This document shows positions 62,996-64,000 of a DNA stretch of 64,000 nt, in pieces. The DNA lies in assembly GCF_009834535.1 (NCBI RefSeq), contig NC_045696.1, positions 88,104,001-88,168,000 on the forward strand. Direction: 5' to 3'. The stretch's first letter is position 1; the number at the start of each line of letters is the position of its first letter. The DNA comes from Camelus ferus (lineage: Eukaryota). The notes beneath the pieces are model-generated. The model saw only the letters and a list, made by a program, of their open reading frames with translations. It was not told the origin of the DNA and searched no databases. The position numbers and the translations under genes were made by a program.

Positions 62996-63829
62996 CCAGT
63001 GGAACATCATTTTTTAATATTTATATAACCTCTCTATATATAGGAAATTAGACCTTATTCTAAACAAATTCTTCATTCTAGAGTTTCTTTAATAAATGTG
63101 CATTTTTCCTGATCCACTCTAAAACCAATTGTTTTTGTCCATTTAATTTGCCAACAATTTATTTCCCCAACAATAACTGCCTGTGTAACAAAATAAAATT
63201 ACCAGGAGGCAAACTTACATCTATTAAGACTGTGTACAGGTTCGTGAAATGTAACTACACAAAAGATATCAATCCTAATGAACAAAATGATCATTCCACT
63301 CATACAAATAATGTGATTCTATTATTTTAACAGCTTATGGCCCCCTTTAAGAGAAATAAGCTTCAAGATTAGGAATATCACAGACCATTCCACTACCAGA
63401 TATCTTTATTGGCTAGGTTAGTGTCCTTTCAATACCAAACTGATGAGCAATCATGGCAAACAATCTTATTAAGCTGGTTTGCATATTTATGAAGACCCGA
63501 TAGTTTAATAAACTGTTATAGGGCAATGAAAGTTTATGGAGATCACTAGAAATGTCAGAATAGTACTCCAAAGACACAATAAAATTTAGTAATTCTCATT
63601 TAAATCTCAACTATGTAAAATAGAAACCAGTAGGGTTTTTTTTTAATTAGCCCTGTCTGACTCATAACAAAATCCAGTTTTCTTATGTAGTGTTCTGTAG
63701 CTGACCATATTGAAGTCCTGCCATGGGCTAGAGAAGATGCAATACATTTAAGGGATGAAGGTTTAATTTCATGCAAGTTGACTTCTACTCTCCTTAGCTG
63801 TACATATAAAAGTTGATGGATAGTTAGAG

Positions 63830-63879
63830 AAAAGTGGTATGGTAGCTAAGATGATAAAAGTGGTATGGTAGCTAAGATG
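63830..63879. repeat. 26-bp-period tandem duplication
   Basis: aaaagtggtatggtagctaagatg(at) twice. Confidence 0.95.
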
Positions 63880-64000
63880 CACCATACCAATAAAACTGCA
63901 ACAACTCTACCCCTAAAGGTAAAATATTATGCTATCACATTGTGGTTTGGAACTAGACAATGAATCATATCCTCTTGTTTTAAGCAGAGCATTTATCTGC

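Overview
Mammalian genomic DNA, almost certainly camelid (Vic-1-type tRNA-Ala-derived SINE plus many camelid/artiodactyl-type L1 3' ends). I found no host protein-coding exon that I can support. The window is repeat-rich non-coding sequence (L1, L2, MIR, MaLR/ERVL LTRs, hAT and Tigger MITEs, microsatellites) with a few regulatory-looking islands around 43.5-51 kb. L1s and LTRs are strongly biased to the + strand, which suggests the window lies inside a minus-strand transcription unit. The most unusual object is a ~4.85 kb composite L1 derivative at 25949-30791. It has two diverged L1 5'UTR promoters in tandem, one ORF1, almost no ORF2 (half-L1/HAL1-like), a normal 3' end, and a candidate target-site duplication around the whole unit. 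Its ORF1 carries dense, patchy, sense-strand A-to-G substitutions that look like ADAR (A-to-I) hyper-editing of the RNA fixed in the genome by reverse transcription. Repeat subfamily names are from recalled consensus similarity, not from a database search, and boundaries of old repeats are approximate.
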